Assembly: GCF_009914755.1 (NCBI RefSeq)
Contig: NC_060947.1
DNA: 64,000 nt
Reading direction: 5' to 3' (one strand)
Source: the human T2T-CHM13v2.0 reference genome, Homo sapiens
The position numbers were made by a program, and so were the translations under genes. The first letter of the stretch is position 1. Each line of letters starts with the position of its first letter. Shown piece after piece: positions 49,553 to 62,589 of the stretch. The notes below the pieces were generated by a model. It was not told the origin of the DNA and did no database searches. It worked only from the letters and a program-made list of their open reading frames with translations.

Positions 49553-50561
49553 TTACAATTTGACATGCTTTTGCAGTGGCTGGTACTGGTTGTTCCTTTC
49601 CATGTTTAGTGCTTCCTTCAGGAGCTCTTGTAAGGCAGGCCTGGTGGTGACAAAATCAGCATTTGTTTGTCTGTAAAGGATTTTATTTCTCCTTCACTAT
49701 GAAGCTTAGTTTGGCTGAGTATGAAATTCTGGGTTGAAAATTCTTTTCTTCAAGAATGTTGAATATTGGCCCCCACTCTCTTCTGACTTGTAGAGTTTCT
49801 GCCGAGAGATCAGCTTTTAGTCTGATGAGCTACCCTTTGTGGGTAACCCGACCTTTCTGTCTGGCTGCCCTTAACATTTTTTCCTTCATTTCAACTTTGG
49901 TGAATCTGACAATTATATGTATTGGAGTTGCTGTTCTCGAGTATCTTTGTGGTGTTCTCTGTATTTCCTGAATTTGAATGTTGGCCTGCCTTGCTAGGTT
50001 AGGGAAGTTCTCCTGGATAATATCCTGAAGAGTGTTTTCCAAGTTGGTTCCATTCTCCCCGTCACTTTCAGGTACACCAATCAGTCATAGATTTGGTCTT
50101 TTCACATAGTCCCATATTTCTTGGAGACTTTGTTTCTTTTTACCCTTTTTTCTCTAAACTTCTCACTTCATTTCATTAATTTGATCTTCAATCACTGATA
50201 CCCTTTCTTCCATTTGATCAAATCAGCTACTGAAGCTTGTGCATGCATCATGTAGTTCTCGTGCCAAGGTCTTCAGCTCCATCAGGTCATTTAAGGACTT
50301 CTCTACACTGTTTATTCTAGTTAGCCATTTGTCTAGTCTTTTTTCAAGGTTTTTAGCTTCTTTGCGATGGGTTTGAACGTCCTCCTTTAGCTTGGAGAAG
50401 TTTGTTGTTACTGATCATCTGAAGCCTTCTTCTCTCAACTCATCAAATTCACTCTGTGTCCAGCTTTGTTCCATTGCTGGTGAGGAGCTGAGTTCCTTTG
50501 GAGGAGAAGAGGCGCTCTGATTTTTAGAATTTTCATGTTTTCTGCTCTGGTTTCTCCCCGT
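49553..50561 (-). pseudogene. LINE-1 ORF1p remnant, start codon mutated to ACG
   Basis: ENTLQDIIQENFPNLARQANIQIQEIQRTP peptide (49830-50042); ACGGGGAGAAACCAG replaces ATGGGG at 50561; TAA at 49553. Confidence 0.9.
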
Positions 50562-51565
50562 CTTTGTGGTTTTATCTACCTTTGGTCTTTGATGATGGTG
50601 ACGTACAGATAGGGTTTTGGTGTGGATGTCCTTTCTGTTTGTTGGTTTTCCTTCTAACAGTTATGACCCTCATCTGCAGGTCTGTTGGAGTTTGCTGGAG
50701 GTCCACTCCAGACCCTGTTTTTGCCAGGGTATCACCAGCAGAGGCTGCAGAACAGGAAATATTTTAGAATGGAAAATGTTGCTGCCTGATCCTTCCTCTG
50801 GAAGCTTCATCTCAGAGGGGCACCTGGCTGTATGAGGTGTCAGTCGGCCCCTACTGGGAGGTGTCTCCCAGTTAGGCTACCCATGGGTCAGGGTCTCACT
50901 TGAGGAGGCAGTCTGTCTGTCCTCAGATCTCAAACTCCATGTTGGGAGAACCACTACTCTCTTCAAAGCTGTCAGACAGAGACATTTAAGTCTGCAGAAG
51001 TTTCTGCTGCCTTTTGTTCAGCTATGCCCTACCCCCAGAGGTGGAGTCTACAGAGGCTGACAGGCCTCCTTGAGCTTTGGTGGGCTCCACCCTGTTGGAG
51101 CTTCCCAGCAGCTTTGTTTACCTACTCAAGCCTCAGCAATGGCAGACGCCCCTCCCCCAGCCTCGCTGCCACCTTGCAGTTCGATCTCAGACTGCTGTGC
51201 TAGCAGCGAGTGAGGCGCTGTGGGCATGGGACCCTCCGAGCCAGGCATGGGATATAATCTCCTGGTGTGCTGTTTGCTAAGGCTGTTGGAAAAGCGCAGT
51301 ATTAGAGTGGGGAGTGTCGCAATTTTCCAGGTACCATCTGTCACAGCTTCCCTTTGCTAAGAAAGGGAATTCCCCAACCCCTTGAGCTTCCCGGGTGAGG
51401 CGATGCCCCGCCCTGCTCCATGGGCTGCACCCACTGTCTGACAAGCCCCAGTGAGATGAAGCGGGTACCTCAGTTGGAAATGCAGAAATCACCCCTCCTC
51501 TGTGTCACTCATGCTGGGAGCTGCAGAATGGAGCTGTTCCTATTCGGCCATCTTGGAACCTCCTC
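50562..51565 (-). promoter_or_regulatory. L1 5'UTR internal promoter (YY1 site) with antisense promoter facing +
   Basis: YY1 motif CAAGATGGCC at ~51546-51555 (minus); CpGs partly eroded; activity not shown. Confidence 0.6.
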
Positions 51566-51874
51566 AGTTTTATTTTTCTTACAATTTGTTTTTCTCCTGA
51601 AGAAGTAACTCTAAATTTTTTATTGAACACACAATGTGTATTTTATTCCTATTAACCAGGATGTTGCCTCCTCCTTCCTGTTTTGTTCCAGGTATTGATA
51701 CTCAAAAGATTTATAATTGCATTTTTTATATATTAGAGGAACTACCAAGTGGTGCTTTATGAGAATCAAATGGCAAAAGTCAGCATCTGTAGTTGGATCA
51801 GGGTAGTAATTATAAGCAGCACATTTATCTTATTCCTTCTGTGGAGTAGAGCAGAATTAAGGCCCTTTTTGGAG

Positions 51875-52070
51875 TTATAGGGCTGCATAGGTTTGGAGAG
51901 CCCTCATCCATCTGCTTCCCTGTAGGTTCAACTCTACCTAAACGTTTCTAGAAAGATGAATATCTTATTTTTTAAGGGCCTTTGAGAATTAAATTTCGAA
52001 ACCTCCTTCTAAGTCATTTCTGTGTTTAGGATATTCACTGTCAGGACATTATTTTATTCAAGTAAAATCC
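51875..52070 (-). mobile_element. CR1/L3b-like 3' fragment
   Basis: CTACCTAAACGTTTCTAGAAAGATG...ATTTTTTAAG...AACCTCC...TCACTGTCAGGA resembles the recalled L3 3' end. Confidence 0.45.
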
Positions 52071-53930
52071 CATTACAAAGACACAGATATTTCCCCCGTC
52101 TGCTGAATGCCCTACAGAAATAATGCTTTGTTGCGCTGACTGCAATGGACTACATTACTACAATAAACCTATACCAGCAAACTTTTTTTCTGTCCCCAAT
52201 TCCATACCAGCTAGTTTATAATACAGATATCTGGTCTTATGTCTGCTTTGCAGGGGAAAGAAGAGGACAAAACTGGGGAAGAGGTATGAGAGGTTTCCTT
52301 TTATAACCTTTCCTCTTTGCTGCTAGGTTGGGATCACTCTCAGGTTTACCATTGACAGAGTGAGGTGAGCTCGCTTGTTTTCTGTTCTTATCCATGGGTT
52401 GGGAATGTTATTTATAGCAATATACTAATTATAAAAAAATTCTACTCAAACCGAAGAAACAGGAAGGTCTGTTAAGGGGAGATCAATTAGTGATGAACTC
52501 TTAGCTGTATTTGAGTCCCTTTTCTCTTCCCCAGTGTTTGTTAGTCTTCTGGTCGTTTTGATTTTCACATTCTTCTGAATGTATCCCATGAGAAAGTCCT
52601 AGTAGATGCTGTTGGACTAAGAAGAAACTTAATAGTTAAGCTATGTCTCTTTAGTAATTAAAGGGGGTGCTGCAAATAATTTAGTAAAAAAAAAGAGGGG
52701 GAGTGCTAACTCATGTTGGTTGGTCAGGTGTGATAGCTCACAGTTAACATTTGTTTAGCCAACTTAATTCCAAGGTTAAGCATTAGTTGAAATCTCTCTT
52801 TTTTGAATAATATTGATTGCATGATCCTGAATGTTCAGCATTAAGTCAGCTTAATGTATTTCTTTTAGGAAGTAAAAGTTATCATCTGGTATATAGTAAG
52901 GACCTAATGTAGTTCATATCTCTTTCTTTATAATTAAAAATATATTCTCACTTCGCAGCAGATACTATGTTAGCTGCTTAGCAGCAACATGTTCATAAGG
53001 AAGGAAAATCTTATACATTTAATTCTGCCCAGAGGGGTGCTATAAAGTATTATGAACAGAAAGCTGAACTTTCATAACGAAGCCATTGTGGATATTGTGT
53101 CAAGACGTCATTTTAATAATCCAAATTTTAATCATCCTGACTTTACCTGTCACATCGTATTTTATTTTCTATTAGCCACACATCTCTGAAATGTTCTCTA
53201 AGAGGCAGTGGTAATAGAATCTATACCTGTCCTAATATATTTGCATTGTCAGGCATTGATGAGAGAATAGGTTTAATATACTTTGTACAAAGCTCCCCAC
53301 ATGGGCTCAGTCTCTGTGTGGAATATATTTTCTATGTGACTAACAATATGAACTTAACAGCATCTTCTCATTATGGAGTCATCATGCTCAAGCGATTTGT
53401 CTGCATTTTTATTGCGTATCACTCAGAAGTAGGGTTTATATTGAAATGTATCCTGGATGAAGGCCCTGCTAAAATATTTCATGTTTATATTCCTCCAGTT
53501 CTACTACTACATGTGCTCCTCTTTGGAACTGTCCTTTAAGACTACTTTCAAACATCGGGTATAGGCTTCAAAAGGTGTTCATCTTCATCTTTATACACAA
53601 AAAGCAAACGTTAAGCATTGTAATTCATCCAGATAATTGAGCATAAGCCAAAAGTTCCAGTTGGGTAGAGGGTAAGACTGTTGCCCCTGGGATGGAGAAA
53701 TGGGTATCTTGGATGAAATGCTCTAATAGTGTGGACTAGATGATCTGGTAGAAAGAAGATTCAGTGTCAAGGTGTTAGCTGTTTATGTCCTAATAGAATT
53801 TATAGATTATCTTAGTGTGCTTGCTTCTTCCTCTTCAATTGCCCTGATTTGGGCTGCCCTGGGAACATTTATATTCAGCAAACATTTTTTGAGCAATGCT
53901 TAAGTACAAACTTAAAGAAACAAGTTTGAA

Positions 53931-54325
<395 letters not shown>

Positions 54326-55949
54326 TTATATCTGATTCCTGGTTCCACACAAGAATTTATGTGCTGTCTGATCTGTTTATCCTCTAATGCATTTTGATCT
54401 TTAAAGTTACTTCAAGTCATTAAACATTTGCATTAATTGAAAAATAGGATTTATTATTCAGTAATTCTGTATATTTTAAGATTTCTTTCCTCTTTTTTCT
54501 AGGGAAATTAATGACTTTCTTTTTTAAACCAGCATCATTCCCCAATACAGCATTGTAACTAATGATAGCTGGGATATACTCAATTCCAAATGGTCCAGTG
54601 TCATTTTTCTGTATAGTAGGAGTGAATAAGATCATCTGTAGATTAGCCAGAAGGAAAATGGCTTTGTGTTTTACCTTTGTAGCAGCCTCTTGAAGGATAT
54701 CTAATTTGATACAGTTATCTGTAAGAAATAGAATAAAGCAAGATAAAGCACGTATGTTTAGATGTGTGGCTGACAGCTCTCCTGAAAGCAGAAAGTGCTA
54801 ATTTTTTACTTTAAAAAAAAATCTGGAAGAAGGCCTCAAGTAATTCAGGGGAAGACAAATGATGCTGAAATGAAGTCACGTGACTCAGTGGATAATTCCA
54901 GTGAAACCCAGGAAGAACCGCATTAGTGATAGTCTGTAAGTATACACCGTGTTTTACAATAGGTTGATTGCACTAAACAAAGGAGAAAATCCTTTCTCTG
55001 AGGAGCTTACAGTCTAAAGATACAAGCTGGTGCGGTACAATATGGAATGAGAACAATAAGTGAGCCCCATGGTAGGTGGTCTTCATAGCTGAAATGCTTC
55101 GAAACAAGTGCCTTCTTGGAAAGGTAGAGGTTGGAGAGGGAGTGGCCCAGGTGTGCAAAGAAGTTGAAGGCTGTTCTTTTGGGACTGGGGAATAAGGATA
55201 AGGAAGGAGAGGGCTGGATAGTGTGTCTGAAAAGAGGCTCGACATAAAAATGGGTAAAGAGATCAGACTGACATTGGCATGGTACAGCGTGGTGATTTAG
55301 AGAACAAGGGGAAATGCCAGCAGAAGAGGACTGAGAGAGAGGGGCAAACAACATACCTTAAGACTGTATTACAGCAAATACCACGTCTTTAAAGATTCTC
55401 CAGATCTCTCCCTAGATCTGGAGAATGCTGCTTGTAACAGACTCTTGCCAGTGTGAATGGATTCTGTACCAGAGGAAAGAACAGTCTAGTATGGTTGGAA
55501 CAATCCAGTAAGATTCTGTATGTGAAAAGGGCTTTGTACAAACCTCTCATGGGGTTTTATAAAAGCTCTTTTGTACAAAAAAAAAAAAAAAAAAAAAAAA
55601 GCAAAGCAGTACAAATGTACATCATCATCATTTTGCCTAGCTTTGACTTTATTAAATTTTTGGTTGGTAAAGTATTTTAAGAAAAGGTTAGCAGTAGAAC
55701 TTCCCATTTCAGAGATGTTATCAGAAACAGATTTGATATTATAAATGCTTCACTTGTTTCCATGTTAGCTTGTTACAACTTCTCATAGTAAATGTTCCCA
55801 CAAAGGGCTCTCTATTTTCCTTACAGTTGAACTAATACTTCACATAAGTGAAGATCCTCATTCTCATCCTCATTCCTGCCCCCTCTCTTGTTATCCAGCC
55901 TCTTTTTCACTTGTGTTCATATGCTCATATGTTTTCTTTGGTCTCACAA

Positions 55950-56290
55950 AACTAATTTTATAGTCTGCCTTATTCCAGCAAGGATATCAGTTGGTTTACC
56001 AAGAAATACATACAATAACAGGATTAACAAATTGACAGGGAAATGGGTATGAAGGGAAAATAATTATAAGAAACAAAATGAGGCCAGGGTAAGGTTAGTA
56101 CACCGAGTATACAGCACTGGAGACTTATGATTGTGCCCTAAATTTGACTCAGCTTCTTAGCAGACGGATCAAGGAAGGAAATGTTAGTTATAACAGTTGC
56201 AGGTGTCTATAAGGTAAAAATGAACTCGTTTCTCAGAAGCAGCACAGCTTTTCTTGAGACTTGTAAGAAATTCCTCCCATGGGGTTTTAT
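55950..56290. mobile_element. Ancient mammalian repeat, MamRep605-like
   Basis: AAATTTGACTCAGCTTCTTAGCAG...TCTATAAGGTAAAAATGAAC...GCACAGCT...AAATTCCTCCCATGGGG resembles my recollection of MamRep605. Confidence 0.4.
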
Positions 56291-56329
56291 AAATGCCAAT
56301 TTGTTGGGTATGAATTTTATCCTGGGGGC

Positions 56330-56620
56330 ACTGGGAAGCCAGTGAAGTTTTTGATTTAGGGGATGACATGCACAAAGCCATATTTAAAGCAGGTATAGGA
56401 AAGCTCAAATGAGTTGCGGGGGAACTAGATGCAGGAACAAGTTAGAGACGAGGCTCTAAGAGTCTGGGCAACAAGGATATATAGAGGGAATGGCAGATGA
56501 AGAAAAGCTATAAGAGAGGTTAGGAAGATGTACAAGGTCATTGCTTAGATATCAATGGAAAAGGAAGAATCAAGGATGCCTCTAGGGTTCAGGTATAGCT
56601 AAAGTAATGGTATCATAATC
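56330..56620 (-). mobile_element. L2 fragment
   Basis: CACTGGGAAGCCAGTGAAGTTTTTG...GAAGAATCAAGGATGCCTCTAGGGTT. Confidence 0.55.
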
Positions 56621-56749
56621 CCTTGCAAGTAAAAGGAGGAAAGATGTGTTAAAGTGTAAAGCCCAGAAGATGATGAAAAAGCTGAGATAACCACTATGGG
56701 TTCTTATAGTCACATTTTAGAACAAGCAGAACAAAGAAAATGGAGAGTT

Positions 56750-56935
56750 ATCATTTATTTAGCACATTATAGTTTATGAAGTACTTTTACATACAGTATC
56801 TTATTTTGTCCTCATGACATTCCTGTGAAGGAAGTAGTACTATCCACATTTTACAGATAAAAAATCTTGGACTAAATGATTAACTGACATTTTAGTAAGT
56901 GCCTTGTTTTTCCCCCACTGTATTACACTGCCTCA
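56750..56935 (-). mobile_element. MIR
   Basis: CATTTATTTAGCAC...GTACTTTTACATAC...CCTGTGAAG...CACATTTTACAGAT. Confidence 0.75.
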
Positions 56936-59617
56936 AGAAGACCACCTGCTTGCAGCTATTGACATAATATTATCAGATGAAAATATCAGGACAAGGTTAG
57001 AGTTTTGCCATCATTATAAACATGAGTATTTTGCTTTGCTTTATACAATTGTTCTACTGGGGACATTTGATAGGAATAGGACTGTTTGCCCCTACACTAA
57101 ATGTCCCCAGACTACTATGCTTTTAAAATTTAATATCTGCTTTTTATACTTCTTTAATCTCTTCCACTGCTGTCAGCTGTTACTACTTGATGCGTCTGGC
57201 AGTTCCCCTCCTCCTAATCATTTGTACCCCTGGAAACCAAACAAATATGCTTGTTACTTTTAGACACAATCTTAAGAGTGACTATGCGTTGAATTAGAAC
57301 ATAGGGAGTCCTCTTATGAGAACTCTAACCCTTATTTATGTTTTTACGGGTAAAGAACATAAGTCTTACTGTACATTCATTCTTAGAATATATAATTTTG
57401 GCTCTCTTCTAGTGTCTTGGCCAATTTTGAGTAGTTGAAAGTGCTGGATAAGTTACCTAGAAAAGTGAGGTATCAGTATATATATTTAATATGTAACCTT
57501 GGCCAATACTTTTTAAAAATAGGTGTTTTGGTGGTGACTGGAAAGTAATCATGCTTTACAAAGGGAAGGTTGTGAATTTTTCGTGAATAGTAGTCTAGAT
57601 GCCAAAGGTTTGAAGTGACTGCCCAACCTCCTTTATTCCAGAATGACTGGTGACCACTTCTCTCAGTCCCCATTCCCCTCTACTGGAAAAGTTGCAGACA
57701 TTTTCTTTGTTCTCCAGTAAGTCTTTCTTCCCAAAACAGTCACAGAAGCTTCCAACCAGCCCTTTCTTGGTTCACTTGTCTTTCTCTTTTTCCCTCTGCG
57801 AGGAAGGCTTTTCATAAAGATTTATTGACTATCCACGCGGCATTGTTCCTATAGGAAGCACTGAACTCCTCAGTGTGAAATCTGTGTCTCCAGCTGGCTA
57901 AATAAAGTACTTTGTGACACTTGGTACAGCATGTGCATAATTCAGATGTGTGGACTGTGGCCCAAGCATCATGAGCACTCAGCCCATGTCCAAATAGAAG
58001 CAGTGTTTTTTTTACAAATTTACTTTTCAAATTAATTTTTAAGATGAACAATTAGTGGCTAATCAATACATTTATTAAGCCACCTGAACTGAGTAGAAAT
58101 GAGAGAGAAGAGGAAAGGTGATTTCCCTTCACACTCGATTGAAGTATGAAATTAATAAAAGTTGATGTCATTGGAACTCAGCAAGATCAGTAATTAAAAC
58201 TCTTGGTCTTTCAGATGTTCCTAGGAAAGATTGTATCCTTCATTATGATGGAAATGGAAAATGCTTATTTCTCTGCACAGGTAGTTTGGGACAAAGGAAC
58301 TACTTTTACTGTTAGTTAGAAATATCCTCATGTCACCTTGTGCCCAGAAAAATAGGAATGATTTTGGATTAGTTGTGGTCTGTTAAAAATACAGTGGTGA
58401 TATTACCATTTTATGGCTTTGAATTGAGCTTTGGGAAAAAGTTTCTACTTTGATGCTTTTAGGAGCTCATGATTGGATATAAGATTTTACAAAGATAATT
58501 GGGAGAAAACAACTTCCTATGTCCTTTTATGAATTCATTTAAGGTGTAAAAGTATTTTCTAGAAATAGGCAGGATATCTAGGCCTTGATAGGAGTGAGGG
58601 ACATTTCTTCAGCTTTAGTAGTCATCCTGTTTTGCATGTGACCATGTCAGTATATCCATTTTAGACTGGCCTTTCAGAAGAAGAGAAATTTGCTTTTCCT
58701 TCTTTTTGCTTTTGTATCTAAGTGTCTATTACAGGAACATACATTTGGTGGGTATTCAAATGCCTCTGATGAGATGTTTATTGGTAAATGAAAAATGTTT
58801 TCTGAAGGGAGCAAATGGTATGCTCTCTAAAGATAATCAGATTTATCAGTTCAAAAATATGGCAATGCAACTGAAGTATCTAGATTGAATGGTAAACTAT
58901 GAATTATGCCTACACAATGCTGCAACTGCCGCCTTATGTGACCTCAACTTTTGCAGTATAATGAAGGTATATTATTAAACATTTAAATAGCCTCACTTAC
59001 TGAATAAACAATCAGTGGCTTGATAAATTATGTTTGGACCTAGCACTAGAGATACTTCACTCATTATAGTGCTTGTGAGCACTAAGGCCAACCCCTGATA
59101 TTTGAGGGACATTATGCAAATTTCCCCAGAGCAGCATGGTTTGGAGTTCTCTGTCTGATACATCAGTTAGCGTTAGTGCCCTGTGGCTAAAAAGGATATG
59201 ATGATGGGTGAGTATCCAAGTGTAAGGTTAAAATAAACCAATGAGTTTTGAGGCTTTAGACTTTCATTTCATTTCATCCATCAGCTACATTGAGCTTTCC
59301 TTTAGAAAACCAGACTAGCGTTGACCTGCTAGAGTCCCTGGGGAGACTATGCTATAATAAATTTTGATTAGGTATTAGTAGATATAAGAGAGAGAAGAGA
59401 TGAGCTAGCCAGGAAGGGTGAGGTGGGCAGAAGGGACATTACTGAGCTGAGGAGGGGATAATTAGATTAGAACAAAGGAAAGTGTATATGCCTCCTCACT
59501 CTTCCTCTCAACTACTGTTTTGGTCTAGCAATGAACCTTGCTCATTGATCTCTTATCCTTCCTGTCTTAGTTTTCTTCCACCACTACCACTACCACTCCC
59601 ATTCATTTTTTATTCTT

Positions 59618-59917
59618 TTTTTTTTTTTTTTTTTTGAGACAGAGTCTCACTCTGTTGCCCAGGCTAAAGTATAGTGGTCCAATCTCAGCTCACTGCAACC
59701 TCCGCCTCCTGGGTTCAGGCGATTCTCGTGCCTCAACCACCTGAGTAGCTGGGATTATAGGTGCCTGCCACCATGCCTGGCTAGTTTTTGTATTTTTAGT
59801 AGAGACAGGGTTTCACCACATTGGCCAGGCTGGTCTTGAACTCCTGATCTCAAGTGATCCACCCGCCTCTCCCTCCCAAAGTGCTGGGATTACAGGTGTG
59901 AGCCACCGCACCCTGCC
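59618..59917 (-). mobile_element. AluSx/Sz-like
   Basis: Full dimer with poly-T; degenerate TSD C(A/G)TTT(T/C)TTATTCTT. Confidence 0.95.
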
Positions 59918-60579
59918 CGTTTCTTATTCTTGATGCCTTCTGTCCTTCTGTATATTCCCTAATAAGTATTACATAATAAAAGAAAGACAACAAGGAAAAC
60001 TGTTGTTTTTCTTTGTTTTTGTTGTATTTTTGAAAAATATTTCCTACTTTTTCCCCTTTACCTTTCTTCATTGATGCTGCCCAAATAAAACCTTTATCAG
60101 ATAATCTCCTTTACCATATTTGTACAAAAGGATTCTATTATAAACTACTGCAGCTGAGCTCATTTTGTTTATTTAAGTAATAATATTCTCTGGATGACAT
60201 CTCAATCACTCTGACACCTTGTCATCTAGGGTGGCATCCCAGGGTATTTATAATCTTCTCAATGGTTAGCATGCAATTCTCAAACCAAATTAATTTGAAG
60301 TCACTTTAACTTAAAATGATTTGAAAAGATCCCCAAATCAAATTGTCATAGGCATGGCACCGCCTAACAATCAGAGATTAGTGCTTTGGAACAATGATTC
60401 TTAAACTGTTTAGCTTCTGAAGGAAATATTTAGTCAACACTCCACCCTAAGAAGAGGGACAATCATTTATCACTGAACAGCCAGAACTTTCTGATCTCAA
60501 GCACTCTCTCAAAAAAAGTTCTTAAAGGCTATGAGAGAATGTAGCAACAGTGGTGGACCTAAGAAGAGAATTGGCTTAC

Positions 60580-60725
60580 CTATTCATTCATTCATTTTCA
60601 TGCGTTCATTCAACAAATATATACTGAGGGCCTACTATATGCCAGCATTATTTTATATAGGTTCTATCTACCTTGTTATACAAAAGATAATATTACCTGG
60701 TTTGAAAATGCTCATTCTCTAGTGG
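60580..60725 (-). mobile_element. L2 3' end
   Basis: TTCATTCATTCA...TTCATTCAACAAATATATACTGAGGGCCTACTATATGCCAG. Confidence 0.75.
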
Positions 60726-60959
60726 TGAGTAACCTACGGTTAAATTAGAGTAACCCTTAGTTCCATTTCTCTTTGGTAACCAATGATTCAGTACTATGTA
60801 GTTTGGATCACTTTGCAGTATAGTGGTTTTGTCTTCCTATTCTGTGATGTTTTTCTAGCCTGCAGCCTCTTACCCATCATTCATAACCATCACTGGTGTT
60901 CATTGAATTGTACTTGTAGTTGTTTGCAATGTGTTGGTTTTAATTTTCTTTCTTTTTGA

Positions 60960-61640
60960 ACTTTTTATTTTAAAATATTTTAAACATAACTTTTTATTTT
61001 CAGAAATACAGGAAGTTTCAAAAAATAGTACAGAGAAGTCTCTTGTACCCTTCATTCAGTTTTCCCCAATGATTATATATTATATAATTAGAGTACAATA
61101 TTAAAACCAGGAAACTGACATTGGTACAATGTGTGTATAAATTCTATGCCATCTTATCACTTCTGAGGATTTGTATAGCCAATAAAAACAATTCCATCAC
61201 CACGAAGATCTCTTTCTTGCTATCTACCCCTTCAGAGTCAAACCTGCTCCCTACCATTCTTCACTATCTGTAGCCCCTGGCAACCACTAATTTGCTTTCC
61301 ATGTCTAAAACTTTGTCATTTCTAGCATATTAAAGAAAAAGAATCGTACAGCATGTGACCTTTTGGGATTGGCTTGTTTTTCACTGAGCACGATACCCTT
61401 GAGATTTATCTAAGTTTTTGTCTGTATCAATAGTTTGTTCGTTGTTATTGCTGAGTAGTATTCCATGTTATGGATGTACCACAGTTTGCTCAATTGTTTG
61501 CCCACTTTATTGTTCTATTTCCTTGTTCACTGATTCTTTTCTCCTGTTCTCCCTGTTCTGCTGTTGAGCCCACACATTGAGTTTTCAATTTGGCAAGTAT
61601 ATTTTTTCAGTTCTAAAATTTCCATTTGATTTTTTTGTAG
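60960..61640 (-). mobile_element. L1MC-like 3'UTR fragment(s)
   Basis: AATAGTACAGAGAAGTCTCTTGTACCCTTCA...AAAACCAGGAAACTGACATTGGTACAATG...CCCTGGCAACCACTAAT. Confidence 0.75.
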
Positions 61641-61657
61641 GGGGGAAGTATCTGGCA

Positions 61658-62345
61658 TTTTTTTTTAACTTCTATTTTAGGTTCAGGGTTACATATGCAG
61701 GTTTGTTATATAGGTAAACTCATGTCATGGGAGTTTGAGATTATTTCATCACCCAGATACTAAGCCTAGTACCCAATCGTTATTTTTTCTGACCCTCTCT
61801 CTCCTCCCACCCTTCACTCTCAAGTAGGTCCCAGTGTCTTATAGGTCCATAGGTCCCCTCTTTGAGTCCATGTGTTTTCATCATTTAGCTCCCACTTATA
61901 AGTGAGAACGTGTAGTATTTGGTTTTCTGCTCCTGCGTTAGTTTGCTAAGGATAATGGCTTCCAGCTCTATTCACGTTCCTGCAGAAGGCATGGTCTCAT
62001 TCTCTTTCATGGCTGCATAGTATTCCATGGTGTATATGTACCACACTTTCTTAATCCAGTCTGTCATTGGTGGGCATTTAGGTTGATTCCATGTCTTTGC
62101 CATTGTGAATAGTGCTGCAATGAACATTTGCATGCATCTGTCTTTGTGGTAGAATGATTTATATTCCTTTGGGTATATACCCAGTAATGGGACTACTGGA
62201 TCGAATGGTAGTTCTGTTTTTAGCTCTTTGAGGAATCACCACACTGCATTCCACAGTGGTTGAACTAATATACACTCCCGCCAACAGTGTATAAGCATTC
62301 CCTTTTCTCTACAGCCTTGCCAGCATCTGTTATTTTTTGACTTTG
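61658..62345 (-). mobile_element. L1PA13-16-like 3' fragment
   Basis: GGTAAACTCATGTCATGGGAG...CTAAGCCTAGTACCCAAT...CAAGTAGGTCCCAGTG; ORF2 end NNRCWQGCREKG. Confidence 0.88.
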
Positions 62346-62589
62346 AGTTGGCCTTTGCTGAAGGTGCTATGGATGGGAGTGGAGCCACAGTCTTATCCGT
62401 GGTGTTTAGGTGGAGTAGGAAGGTGATTAGAATTATTCTGTCTTGCCAGGCTGCCATTTTCCTAGTCCTTTGGCTAGAAAGAGCCACCTTTCCTTGTGAC
62501 TTGATGTTAAACACCTAGAAATCCTTAAAAGTAGTAACATAATTACTAGTAACATTGTGATTGTGTTAATTATGCCACATTTTACTTAC

